Below, in pieces: positions 21,625 to 32,888 of a stretch of DNA of 64,000 nucleotides. This DNA comes from Eledone cirrhosa (lineage: Eukaryota). Below the pieces are notes generated by a model. That model was not told where the DNA came from. It did no database searches and saw nothing but the letters and a program-made list of their open reading frames with translations. The stretch covers positions 337,280,001-337,344,000 of the forward strand of contig OZ024741.1 of the NCBI GenBank assembly GCA_964016885.1, given 5' to 3'. Every line of letters starts with the position of its first letter. The first letter of the stretch is position 1. The position numbers were made by a program, and so were the translations under genes.

Positions 21625-22770
21625 GTGTGTGTTTACACCTAAGTATGTATGTATGTGTGTGTATGTATGTATGTATGTGTTTGTATGTATGTATGTGTTT
21701 GTATGTATGTGTTTATGCTTGTGTATGCATATATGTATGTACCTTTGTATGTATGTGTGTATTTATGCCTATGTAAGTACCTTTGTATGTATGCATGTAT
21801 ATGTTTATGCTTATGTATGTTATTTCTCTTTCTCTTAATTTTGAGTACATTTCTTGAATCACAAGAATGTTTTGCAAATTTTGAAGTTGCCAGCTATCGC
21901 AGCCATTTGTAGTCTATGAATTAGGGAGCTGCACTCTTTGTCCACAAACCCAAGTTCAGTCATACTTTGGTCCAAGAGGGCTGGTATATAACCTGCAGCC
22001 CCAATGATAATGGGTATTGTATCTTAGATACTGGATCTACAAACTCCTCATCAATGGTCCATAGATGTCCTCCTTCTCTTGTATTTTTCTTACAACGTTG
22101 ACATCAAGTGGGCAGCTGTTCTCTACAACAGAGCTAGTTTTCAGTGTGTGGTCCCAAACAACAATATCAGGCCAGTTGTGCTTTAATTTGGTGACAGTTT
22201 CTATTTTCAGGTTCCACCAGTATTCCTTAGTGCCATCTATCTCAACATATGTATGTATGTGTGAATGTATATACATTTGTATGTATGTATATGTATGTAT
22301 GTGTGTGTGTATGTATGTATGTATTTCTATTTATGCATGTATACATGTATATTTGTATGTATGCATGTGTATACGTATGTGTGTGTATGTATGTATTTCT
22401 GTTTATGCATGTATGCATGTACATTTTTATGTATGCATGTGTATACATATGTGTGTGTATTTATGCATATATGTGTTTATATATGTATGTATATTTTCTT
22501 TTGTGTTTGTGTGTATATATGTATGTTCTTCAGGTTTTATTTTGTGTGTTTGTATACATGTCTATAATTGTATGCATGCATATATGCATATATATGTATG
22601 TGTTTATATATGTGATGTATGTATTTCTGCATATGTGCGTATGTATGTATTTACATGTGATTATATACGTGATGTATGTATTGATGTGTGTGTATGTGTG
22701 TGTGCATGTGTATGTGGTGTGTGCATGTATATATGTGTGTGTGTTAATGTGTGTATGTGTGTGTATACAG
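21625..22770. repeat. Degenerate (TGTA)n/(TG)n microsatellite, interrupted at 21820-22245
   Basis: Direct reading; source of the spurious C/V/M/Y ORFs. Confidence 0.9.
21830..22245 (-). mobile_element. 3' fragment of a non-LTR retrotransposon with restriction-like (REL) endonuclease, R4/R2/NeSL-type
   Basis: EYWWN...KHNWPDIVVWD...VVENSCPLDVN...EKEDIYGPL followed by IPIIIGAAGYIP matches the PD..(D/E)..K..Y REL signature. Confidence 0.75.
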
Positions 22771-23139
22771 TATTTAGTTTTGCTATTTTCTGTTCTGAAT
22801 TAAAACCTTGTTAGGAAGAAGGGGTTTGATAAAATAAATACCAGGGATATACTGGCGTTGATTCTGTTGAATATATGTATGTATGACAAAAAATAATTAA
22901 TATCTATTGATCAATCATCACACTTACCCCCACCACCTTTCATCTATCCAGGTCAATGAAATAATAAGTACTGGACATATAATACTTTCTGTGATCAATT
23001 TAGTGGACTTTCCCTTCCCCACAAAATTTCTGATCTTGTGCTGAAATTAGAAACACTTCTTAAGGGTCACTGTATAAAAAGGGTAATTTGCTGGAAATTT
23101 GAACCCTTATTACTCCCCATTCATGAGACATCATCAACC

Positions 23140-23692
23140 CCATCATCATCATTTAATGGCCATTTTTCCACATTAGACGAGTTGTCATATTGTGAAACAT
23201 GTCAGATCAGTTGACCATATCTAGCTCATACCAGAACTGTTTCTGATTTGGTTTCTACAGTCCGATGCCCTTCCTAATACTAACAACCTTTACAGTGTGG
23301 ACTAGGTGCTTTTTATCGTGGCATTAAAACAATGAACTGACAGGGTGAACTAGGTGCTTTTTGCTGTATCACCAACAGAAACTTTTTACAGGGTGGACTG
23401 GACACTTCTTAACATGGCACCAACACGACCACTTTACTGTGTGGACTGGGTGCTTCTTGTCATGGCACCAAAACGACCACTTGATATTGTGGACTGGGAG
23501 CTTTTTTGTCATGGCACCAAAACGACCACTTGACATTGTGGACTGGGAGCTTTTTGTCATGTCAGCAACATGAACACTTTATAGTGTGGACTGGCTGCTT
23601 TTTGTTGTGGAACCAAACTGATCATTTTACAGTGTCGACTGTGTGCTTGTTGTTGTGTCACCAACACAACCACTTTACAGTGTAGACTGGGA
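23140..23692 (-). mobile_element. RTE 3' tail with ~10 tandem copies of a ~41-bp unit
   Basis: (CAT)n tail, GATGCCCTTCCTAA, then repeated CACTTTACAGTGTGGACTGGGTGCTTTTTGTCATGGCACCAA.ACGAC. Confidence 0.8.
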
Positions 23693-24283
23693 CCTAAATA
23701 AACACCTTACTGAATGTCTCGACATATGAATTTATCACATTCATTGTTCATGAATGTCACACAGTCTCCCTTCTCTATTATCCCTCATAAATCTGCAGCT
23801 TAAATAATCAATATTACTGGATGACTGTAATAAAAATAAGAAAATTAAAGAAAAACAAAACAAGCACAAAAACAAAATGAAAGGAGAAAAAGTAGAAAAG
23901 AGTTGAAATTAATTTGAAGCAAGGATTAAAGTCACTATGTTGATTAATCATTGAACAATTATGTAGGCTTTAATCCTAATTTCACAAGAGATTATCCAGC
24001 GTAATTAGTACCTCTCTCTTACTGACGCATATCTTATTATTTTAATATACCAATAGCAAAAACCTCTGTAATTAATCAAATATAGCTACACTGCTTTATT
24101 GAATTAAGGTTAAAAACAAACAATAGAATCTCTTATGAGGAAAGCAGATGTTAAATGATGAAGATGATGATGATGTTGGTGCAGTAATTCATCTCCTTAC
24201 TTATGAAGCAATTTAAGCTACTCCTCTAATTTTCTCATCAAAGTTATGTGTGTCTATATGAGGGTTGGGTAGATATATATATA

Positions 24284-24992
24284 CAGTGGCAGACTTGCCA
24301 GGTTGCCCAATGGCAAGTGGGCCCTATGGGGCCCACGGTAGCATTGCAGGGCTCACTGTAGTATTTTAGGGGCCAATGCTATGCTTTCAAAAAATACCTG
24401 AAATCTAAGAGAAAGAATAATTTTTTTTTAAAATAAATAAAACAATTAAGCAAAGCATTTGGTCAACCAATTCACCAGGGAATTACTAGAAGCCAAAATA
24501 TACATGGTTGTGCATTCTACTAAATCTAAGGCTTAGTGTATTCATTCATGCAAACATACATATATAGACACAGCGACACAAGCATATATATATATATATT
24601 TATATACTTACACAGGAAATACTGACCAAATAATACTTAGTATCAATGGGCTAAAGACATCTGTCAAATCAATTAGTGGTGAAGGTGATGTACATATATA
24701 TAGAGAGAGATATATAGATACACACACACATACACACATATATATATAGAGAGTGAGTGTGAAAGACCAAAGGTCATTATTGAAAGTCTCTGGATTTTGC
24801 AAAATACATAATATTTCTTATTGGAGAAAGTATGATAATTTTCTGCAAAAATTTGATTGCACTGATTTGTTTACACTTATGTATTTTTTGAAAATGTTAT
24901 TTATTCACTATAAAAATTAAATTATAGCATTCGATATGTAGGTGGGCCCCCATCATCTGGCAACCAATATTTTTAAACCTAGTCTGCCACTG
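24284..24992. mobile_element. hAT-like MITE
   Basis: Perfect 12-bp TIR CAGTGGCAGACT / AGTCTGCCACTG with subterminal GGGCCC motifs. A TSD is not clear because the site is TA-rich. Confidence 0.75.
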
Positions 24993-25224
24993 TTTATAAG
25001 GCCAATCATTGTAAGTTTGAATCTAACTGACATGCAAAAACATATATATGAATAAGGTAAGCCCAAATCATAGTAGATTCAAATATCACAGAGAGAGAGA
25101 GAGAGAGAGAGGGGAGGGGAGAAATGAGGTGCAACAGAATTGAAACATGGATTACAGGTTAAAATGTAGTCTAGATAGATGAGAAACAAAACGAGGATGT
25201 AGTTTATGGAACACCCAAATGATT

Positions 25225-25665
25225 TTGAAGTCAACCTTAAGTAGGAGCAATAAAATTAAATAAGAAATGAAAGACACCATATCAATTTGTTTTGAAAATT
25301 TTGAAAGTAGGTTTATGAATTTTCACAAAATTTTCGTAGTTGCCTAGCGGTAGGTAATAGTGACGGTGGAGATCCTGGCCTTGGGTTCAATCCTGGTCAA
25401 GAGGTACATGTAACATTTTTCAGTTATTTTACAACGAATAGAAAAATACTGAAAAGGTTTACTAGGAACCTACTCCCGACCAGGATCGAACTTCAGACCA
25501 GGATCACTGCTGTCTATGATTCCTCCAACTAAGCCATCGAGACAGCTACAAAAGTATAATGAAAATTGATAATTATAAAACTACTTTCAAAATGAAAGTT
25601 AAAAAGATGTGGTGTCATTCATGACTTTCCTAGAGCTATTAGTATTATTTAGGGTCGACTTCTGG
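25225..25665. repeat. ~200-bp imperfect inverted repeat with tRNA-like sequence in each arm
   Basis: The arms share GAAGTC.ACC, ATGAA.GACACCA.ATC and TTTTGAAAGTAG.TTTAT. B-box GGTTCAATCC on + (~25384); A-box TGGCTTAGTTGG and B-box GTTCGATCC on - (25473-25543). Confidence 0.65.
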
Positions 25666-25870
25666 TCTTTATTGAAAGTCTCTGGATTACGCAAAATAAA
25701 TAATATTTTTTTATTGAAGAAGGTAAGATAATTGCACTGTTTTGTTTCCACTTATGTATTTTTCGAAAATGTTATTTATTCATTATAAAAATCAAATGAT
25801 AGTATTCTATATGTAGGTGGGCCCACTTCATCTCCTGGCAAGCAATATTTTTAGACGCAATCTGCCACTG
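25664..25870. mobile_element. Second copy of right arm of the hAT-like MITE
   Basis: Direct repeat of 24771-24992 ending TCTGCCACTG. Confidence 0.75.
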
Positions 25871-25886
25871 CATATATATAGATATA

Positions 25887-25924
<38 letters not shown>

Positions 25925-25926
<2 letters not shown>

Positions 25927-28708
25927 TCATCATCATCATCATCAACGTTTAACGTCCGTGTTCCACGCTTGCATGGGTTTGGACGGGGGTAGTCCCACTT
26001 GAAGCAAGAGTGATTGTCTTGCTCGCATAGGACTGTCTGGCAGGTTTTCTACAGTTGGATGCCCTTCCTAACACCAATCACATTTACAGTGTGGGTCTGG
26101 GAGGTTTTTACCGTGTTGCCTACACGGCCACATTACAGCGTGGACTGTTTTTTTTTTTGTCGTGACACCTACACGATCTCATTTGTTTCGGCCTGGATGG
26201 CGCGGCACCAACATAACTTTACATAGAACGGGGTGGTGTGGATCGGGTGGGGGTGGTGGTGGTGGGACGGGGTGTATTTTGTTAGAGATGCCTACTGGCT
26301 GGAGTAGGTTTTACTATATATTTAGGTAAGGCGGGTCTTCTCTGTTACTGAGTACCGCCAAAGGTCTCGGTCCAGTGACATTGTCTTGGAGAGGTGTAAG
26401 TGTGTGATGTCGGAGTTTATCAGCTCGTCCCAGGTTTTTTGTAGGTCTGCCTATTCCATGACTACCGTCTATCTTTATTGCCCTGCACTTTGTTATACAG
26501 CTATCGACTTTCATGCGCATCACGTATCCATACCAACGTAGCCTTCTCTCGAGTAAACAACATCTGATCCCTCTTATCTCTAATTTTTTCCTTAGTTCGT
26601 TTATGCTTTGCCGTTCCGTTCACGTATATTACTGTTACACATCCAGCGGAGCATGCAAGCTTCGTTCCTCTCTAGTCTGCATATATCCTCTGCACACAAT
26701 GCCCAGGTCTCACTGCCATGCAGCATTGCTGTTCGTATGCAGGCATCGTACAACCTGCCTTTCATTTTTAGGGAGAACCCTTTAGCAGCTAATAGTGGTA
26801 TAAGCTCTCTGAACTTTTTCCAACCAGTTCTGACTCTAGCTACAGTACTTCCAGAGCACCCTCCCCCACTGCTGATTTTATCGCCCAGGTAACGGAAGCT
26901 GTCCACTATTTCTATAGAACCCTCTGCGCAATTGAAAGAGCTAGTATTTTGTGGGCACTTGCTGCTACTTATTGCACCAGAACACCGGCCACATGTAAAA
27001 TCTATGTTCTTAGTTAGCTTACCTGTGATCCCACTACATCTTTTATGCACCCATACTTTGCATTTAGGACATAAAATGGAGTTTCTACCTACGCCTTTCC
27101 TACACACCGAGCACGACCATTTCCCAGAAGGGATCGCCGCCTTGTTTTCTTTCCTACAAACTAGAAGTTTGGTCTTAGCCAGGTTAATTTTAAGTCCTTT
27201 TGACTTTAGGCCGTGCTTCCATGTTTGGAATTTCTTCTCTAGCTCGGCCATTGATTCCGCTATGAGTGTCAGGTCGTCTGCGTATAGGAGTTCCCATGGG
27301 CAGCCTGTCTTGAACTCCTCTGTTATAGCCTGAAGGGCAATAATAAATATTAGGGGGCTGAGAACAGAGCCCTGATGGACGCCAACTTTTACGCTAAACT
27401 CTTCACTATATTCGTTGTTAATTCTAACCTTGCTGACTGTTTCTTTATACATGGCTTGTATAGCCCTCACAAGCCATTCGTCAACGCCTAGTTTTCTAAG
27501 AGCCCACCAGATAATGGAGCGGGGGACTCTGTCGAAGGCTTTCTCCAAGTCGACAAAAGCTAAGTAGAGGGGTTTACCTTTAGCTAGGTACTTCTCCTGT
27601 AGTTGTCGTACTATGAAAAGAGCGTCTGTGGTACTTTTGCCTGACACAAACCCGAACTGCATTTCATCTAGGTCAATTCTCTCTCTGATTAGTTGCGCTA
27701 TTACTTTTTCCGTGACCTTCATGACCTGGTCGATTAATTTAATGCCTCTATAGTTACTCCTATCTAGGGCGTCTCCTTTACCCTTATAACAGTTAACGAT
27801 GATGCTGCTATGCCAGTCCTTCGGAACAACCCCATTCTGTACGACTTGGTTAACTACGCGGGTGACTATGGTGTGTCCCACCGTGCCAGATGCCTTCAGC
27901 ATCTCAGCAACTATTTCCGAAGGCCCAGCCGCCTTACCCGTCTTCATATCCTTGATTGCCTTACTTATTATACTCCCCTCGACTAACACTGCTGGTCCCT
28001 CTATTGGGTCGATATGGGGGAGACTGTCTTTCTCCCATTTATTCTCCTCATTTAGTAGCCTTTCATAGTGACACTTCCAAGCTACCTTCTTATCAGCGTC
28101 GGTGGTGGCAAGTGTGCCATCGTCGTTTAGTACACATTTCTCCCCGACAATATCACGGTTTTCCTTGATGCATTGTCTAGCAATCCTGAACACCTCACGT
28201 TTTTGGTCATCGCGTTGTAGAATATGCTTGAACTTTCTTTCCTCAGCTTCCCTTCTTGCTAAGTACACTTGTCTCCTAGCTTCCCTCCTGGCCACTTGAT
28301 AGTCTTCTCTACTTCCCCCATCCCGCCATACTTTCCAAGCCTGCTTTTTGGCCTTAATTGACCCCTCCACCTTACTGTTCCACCACCATGTTACTCTCCT
28401 CCTGCCTACAGGCCTGCTCCAGCCACAGACTTCGTCTGTCGCCAACAGCAGGTTTGCTTTCAGAAATTCCCACTCTCCCTCTATATTGTCCGACTCTAAA
28501 TGTTCTTCCTTACTGTCGAAAGCATCAAGTAATATGCTTTGAAATTTATTCCTGGCTGTGGGGTCCTTTAGCTTCCATATTTTTCTCCTGAGGATAGTCC
28601 TCTTCTGCTGTCGAGTACGTCTCGTCCTGACTATGAGGTCGCTAATTATCAGTCTATATTGGGAGGTGCATTCTTCATGGGGGAGGGATTTAGTGTTTAC
28701 AACAGACA

Positions 28709-28709
<1 letters not shown>
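25925..28709 (-). mobile_element. RTE-clade LINE, 5'-truncated, with 702-codon uninterrupted RT frame
   Basis: ORF 26601-28709: NYRGIKL, QFGF, FVDLEKAFD, GVHQGSVLSP, LLYADD, PHD-like C4HC3, FRYLG, MLHGSETW. 3' UTR and (GAT)n tail; (TA)n on both sides. Confidence 0.95.
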
Positions 28710-28745
<36 letters not shown>

Positions 28746-28775
28746 TATATATATTATATATATTATATATATATA

Positions 28776-31733
28776 CGATTATGAGCACAGCAACAAGTAG
28801 ATAGGAACAACAAAATATGAAGACGTCGCATCTCAGAGTTGCAACACTTAATGTTGGCACTCTCAGAGGTAGATCTGCTGAAATAGCGGAGATGCTGGAG
28901 AGAAGGCATGTGGATGTGTGCTGCGTGCAAGAGGTGAGATAGAGAGGTGCCTCTGCGAGACTAGTCGTAGGCAAACATCTTAGCTATAAGCTTTTCTGGG
29001 TAGGTAAGGATGATGGGTTAGGGGGAGTAGGTATTTTTCTGGCTGAGAGATGGATCAATAAGACAATAGAGGTAGTTCGAGTTAGTAAACGAATAATTTA
29101 GCTTAGATTAGTTGTAGGCAGGAGACTACTGACAATCATCTCTGCCTATGCTCACCAAACAGGCCTAGGCAAAGAAGAGAAAGACTGCTTTTACGAGCAA
29201 CTTTTACAAACAACCGCAATGACAGAGGATGGAGATATTGTTATGCTAGCAGGGGACTTCAATGGTCATGTTGGACAGCTCCAGGATGGTTACACTGGGG
29301 TACATGGTGGGCACGGTTACGGCGCAAGAAATGAAGAAGGAGTGAGACTTCTTGAATTTTGTGTTGCAAGTGCACAAACCATTTACAACACTAACTTCCA
29401 GAAACCTGCCAACCACCTAATAACCTACAAATGTGGCGAGCACATAAGCCAGATTGACTTCTTACTAGTTAGGCAGCGGGACAGGCAGATAGTGTCTAAT
29501 ACCAAGGCATACTCTGGGTGTATGACGAAAAAGAAGACGATTTAGAGCCGTATGACATAGATAATAACTAAAATTTCTTACGTGATAACTTACTGCAGGC
29601 TACTGATGAAACTTGTGGTTGGAGCTGTGACCTGATGGTGGAACAGCACAGTAGATAAGGCCATTAGAGATAAAAGACTAGCATGGAAGGCTTGGAAAAA
29701 GGGAGGGAGTAAGGAAGGATATACAGCCGCTAAGAGAGAAGCTAGACGTCAGGTGTACTTAGCACGCAGGGAGGCTGAGAGTAGGAGGTTCGCCAATGTT
29801 CTGCGATGGGAAGATCAGAGGCATGCGGTGTTCCACATTGCAAGGCAGTGTGTCAATGCAAATTAGGATGTTGTTGGAGATAAATGTGTCCGGAATGATG
29901 CCGGTGTACTTAGTGTCACGAATAATCAGAAAAAGGAGGCCTGGAAATGTCATTATGAGTGACTGATAAATGTGGAGAACAAACGGGAGAGACAGAAATT
30001 ACCCTCAGTAGATCCGACAGAGGGACCAGCTATTGAGATTGACGAATATAGGGTCCAAGAGGCGATTAAGGAAATGAAAAATGGCAAGGCTGCTGGACCA
30101 GCGGGGATACTTGTTGAGATGCTGAAGGCATCAAGGGACGTAGGCACTAAACTGGTTGCACGCATCATCAATCAGGCTATATATGGTAGTGTCATACCCA
30201 AAGACTGGTGCAACAGTATTCTCATAAATTGCTACAAAGGTAAAGGGTATGCTCTGGAGAGTAGCAATTATAGGGGTATAAAACTGATGGATCAGGTTAT
30301 GAAAATGGCAGAAAGGATTTTAGCACAACTAATTAGAGAAAGGGTCAAACTAGATGAGATGCAGTTTTGTTTTGTGCCTGGGAAGAATACAATAGATGCC
30401 CTCTTCTTAATGAGACAATTGCAAGAGAGGTTCTTAGAGAAAAATAAGCCACTATACTTAGCCTTTGTTGACCTAGAGAAGGCCTTTGTTAGGGTACCCC
30501 AATCTGTCATCTGGTGGTCCATAAGGAAACTAGGTGTTGAGGAATGGCTTGTGAGGACAGTGTAAACTTTGTATAGAGGTACTGTCAGTAAAGTCAGGGT
30601 AAGAATGGAGTTTAGTGAGGAATTCCAGATACAAGTAGGAGTACATCAAGGTTCGGTCCTCAGCCCACTCTTGTTCATTAGAGTCCTCCCAGCCATAACA
30701 GAGGAGTTTAAGACTGGCTGTCCATGGGAACTTCTCTATGCTGATGATCTGGTTTTTATAGCAGAATCAGTAAAGGAGCTAGAGAATAAATTCTGGCTAT
30801 GGAAACAGCAGTTGGAAGCAAGAGGACTGAGAGTGAACCTAGCTAAGACAAAAGTGTTGATGAGTAGAAAAGAGGACAAAACTCTGATTACATCAGGGAA
30901 ATGGCCATGTTCGATATGCAGAAAAGGAACTGGCATAAATTCTATAAAATGTGCACAATGCAGATCCTGGGTACACAAGAGATGTAGCGGGATAGCAGGT
31001 AAACTAACAGGTAGGGAGAAATACGTATGCAGTAGATGTACAGGAAAATTAGACAGTTGAAGTTGCGTTGATAGACACATTTTTCAAATGCAGGCAGGTG
31101 CTATAGAAGTGGTGGATAGCTTCCGGTACCTAGGAGATCAGATTAGCATGGGAGGGGGGTGTTCTGAGGCCATAGTATCTAGAATAAGGACGGTTTGGAA
31201 GAGGTTTAGGGAGCTGCTTCCTCTGCTGACGAAGAAGGGTTATTCCCTGCGTACGAAAAGCCAGTTATATGATGCCTGTGTGAGGAGCACGATGCTGCAT
31301 GGTAGTGAGACATGGGCAGCAACTGCAGAGGATATGCGACGGTTGGAGAGAAATGAGGCAAGCATGCTCCGTTGGATGTGCAATGTCAATGTGCGTGAAC
31401 GGCCCAGCATGAATGTGTTGACAGAGAAACTGTGTCTGAGAAGGATAGAATGTAGTGTGCGAGAGAGGAAACTGAGGTGGTATGAACATATGATGGGCAT
31501 GGAGGATGACCGATGGATGAAGAAGTGCCAGGAAATTCCAGTTGAAGGAAGACATGGTAGAGGTAGACCACGAAAAACATGGGCGGAGGTGGTGAGAACA
31601 GACCTCAGATCGCTGAAGCTCATGGTGGAGATGACGAAGGACCGTGACAAGTGGAGAGATGCTGTGCTGAATAAGACCCGTCCCACCCTTGCAAGCAAGG
31701 AAAAGCTGACGTAAACTGATGATGATGATGATG
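28776..31733 (+). mobile_element. RTE-clade LINE, near full-length, pseudogenised, different subfamily
   Basis: APE motifs LRVATLNVGTL, CVQEVR, LAGDFNGHVG, SQIDFLL; an internal deletion near 29520; RT motifs FVDLEKAF, GVHQGSVLSP, LLYADD; PHD-like finger. The ORF ends directly at the (TGA)n tail. Confidence 0.95.
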
Positions 31734-32104
31734 ATATACGTATATATATATATATATTCAAGTGACAGCTATCAACCAACCAAATTACTTTTTTAAATAA
31801 ACTGCAATTTGAGCCACTCTTTCCATATAGAACAGAAAGAAATTTTGAACACAAATCAGATGCGAGACAAACCACAACAGAGACACAAACCCTCCATCTC
31901 AATTTTACTTTTGAAAATCATAAGAACTGTGAAAGCGGTAAAGTAAATAAATAAATATTCTTAAAAGACTCCAGTTGCATTTTCAATTTCATTTCCTTAT
32001 ATATACACAGATCGGCGAAACTGTAGTCAGAACTATGAAGTAAATATATTTTTGTGTATTATTTCCTCATATTTTTCCATATATTTCCTGTATTTTGATA
32101 TATA

Positions 32105-32305
32105 TATAAGTGTGGGCTGATAAGTTCAAAGGCTGACGATGAAAGAGTAATGCTAGTGCTTTGAATTCTTGCATGCTTTACTTTCAACTCTTATTAATAA
32201 CTGTCTTGTTTCTTTTCGGGGACAATGTTGAAAAATAAACCTTATTTGGTCATTCCATAAAAGTATATTGTTCAGCCTATAAACCTTATAGCTGATCCTC
32301 ATATG
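32105..32305. mobile_element. Possible degenerate mariner-type MITE
   Basis: Weak TIRs: TATAAGTGTGGGCTGATAAGTTCAAAGGCTGAC versus the reverse complement of GTTCAGCCTATAAACCTTATAGCTGATCCTCATA. Confidence 0.35.
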
Positions 32306-32569
32306 TTAATTTATTATGTTAAGGTTAAAGACAAAGAATAGAGTCCCTTACAAGGAATACAAACGTTAAATGATAGTAGTGGAGGAATTTATGGTACCCC
32401 ACTATTTATAATCAAAGTTATGTTTGTCTATGCTTATTCTTGTTTGTGACGTTTCTGTTTAGTTGATAGATTTATTGAAGTACAGTAAAGGTAAGATTCT
32501 AGCAATCAATATCATTAATTTTAAATTGGGATGATGCAATGGAAATGGTTTGTGACACACACCAATTAT

Positions 32570-32888
32570 TTTATGTTGGTGAGTGTCACTCCATGTAGAG
32601 TCACCACTTCTCCATATTAAGAAGATCACAGCTCTGATATTATGAATATGTGGTTAGGATGTGAAAAGAAAGAATCCTTGGACAGATTTTATAAGCAAAG
32701 AAAACTGACAGGGGTAGACCTGGATATAATCCATGAGATCAGCTGGTCTCACTTGGATATCCAGCCGGATCAATTGGTGATGGTTGTTTCTAACAGTACC
32801 AGCAGTAAGAAGTGTTTGCGGGCTCTGCTCCCAAGACCTTCTCTGAAAGAAGAAGAATGAGGAGGAAGAGGATGAAGAGGAGGAGAAT
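32570..32888 (+). mobile_element. Degenerate 3' end of an RTE-clade LINE abutting the satellite
   Basis: Decayed PLLHI...QL*YYEYVVRM..ERILGQIL...RGRP...SWSHLDIQP...LLPRP followed by a GAA/GAG-rich tail. Confidence 0.55.

Noticed and set aside
25340-25543. Functional tRNA genes
   Set aside because: A/B boxes are present but I cannot form a convincing cloverleaf or anticodon arm, so they are treated as tRNA-derived repeat sequence.
26601-28709. Active autonomous LINE or domesticated RT gene
   Set aside because: The frame lacks nearly all of the APE domain (5' truncation at the TA tract), has no proper start context, and frameshifts near the C-terminus.
12178-31902. Antisense ORFs overlapping the RTE elements (e.g. 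14043-14777, 14854-15333, 26932-27333, 31240-31902)
   Set aside because: These are shadow frames of LINE coding sequence with no independent motifs.
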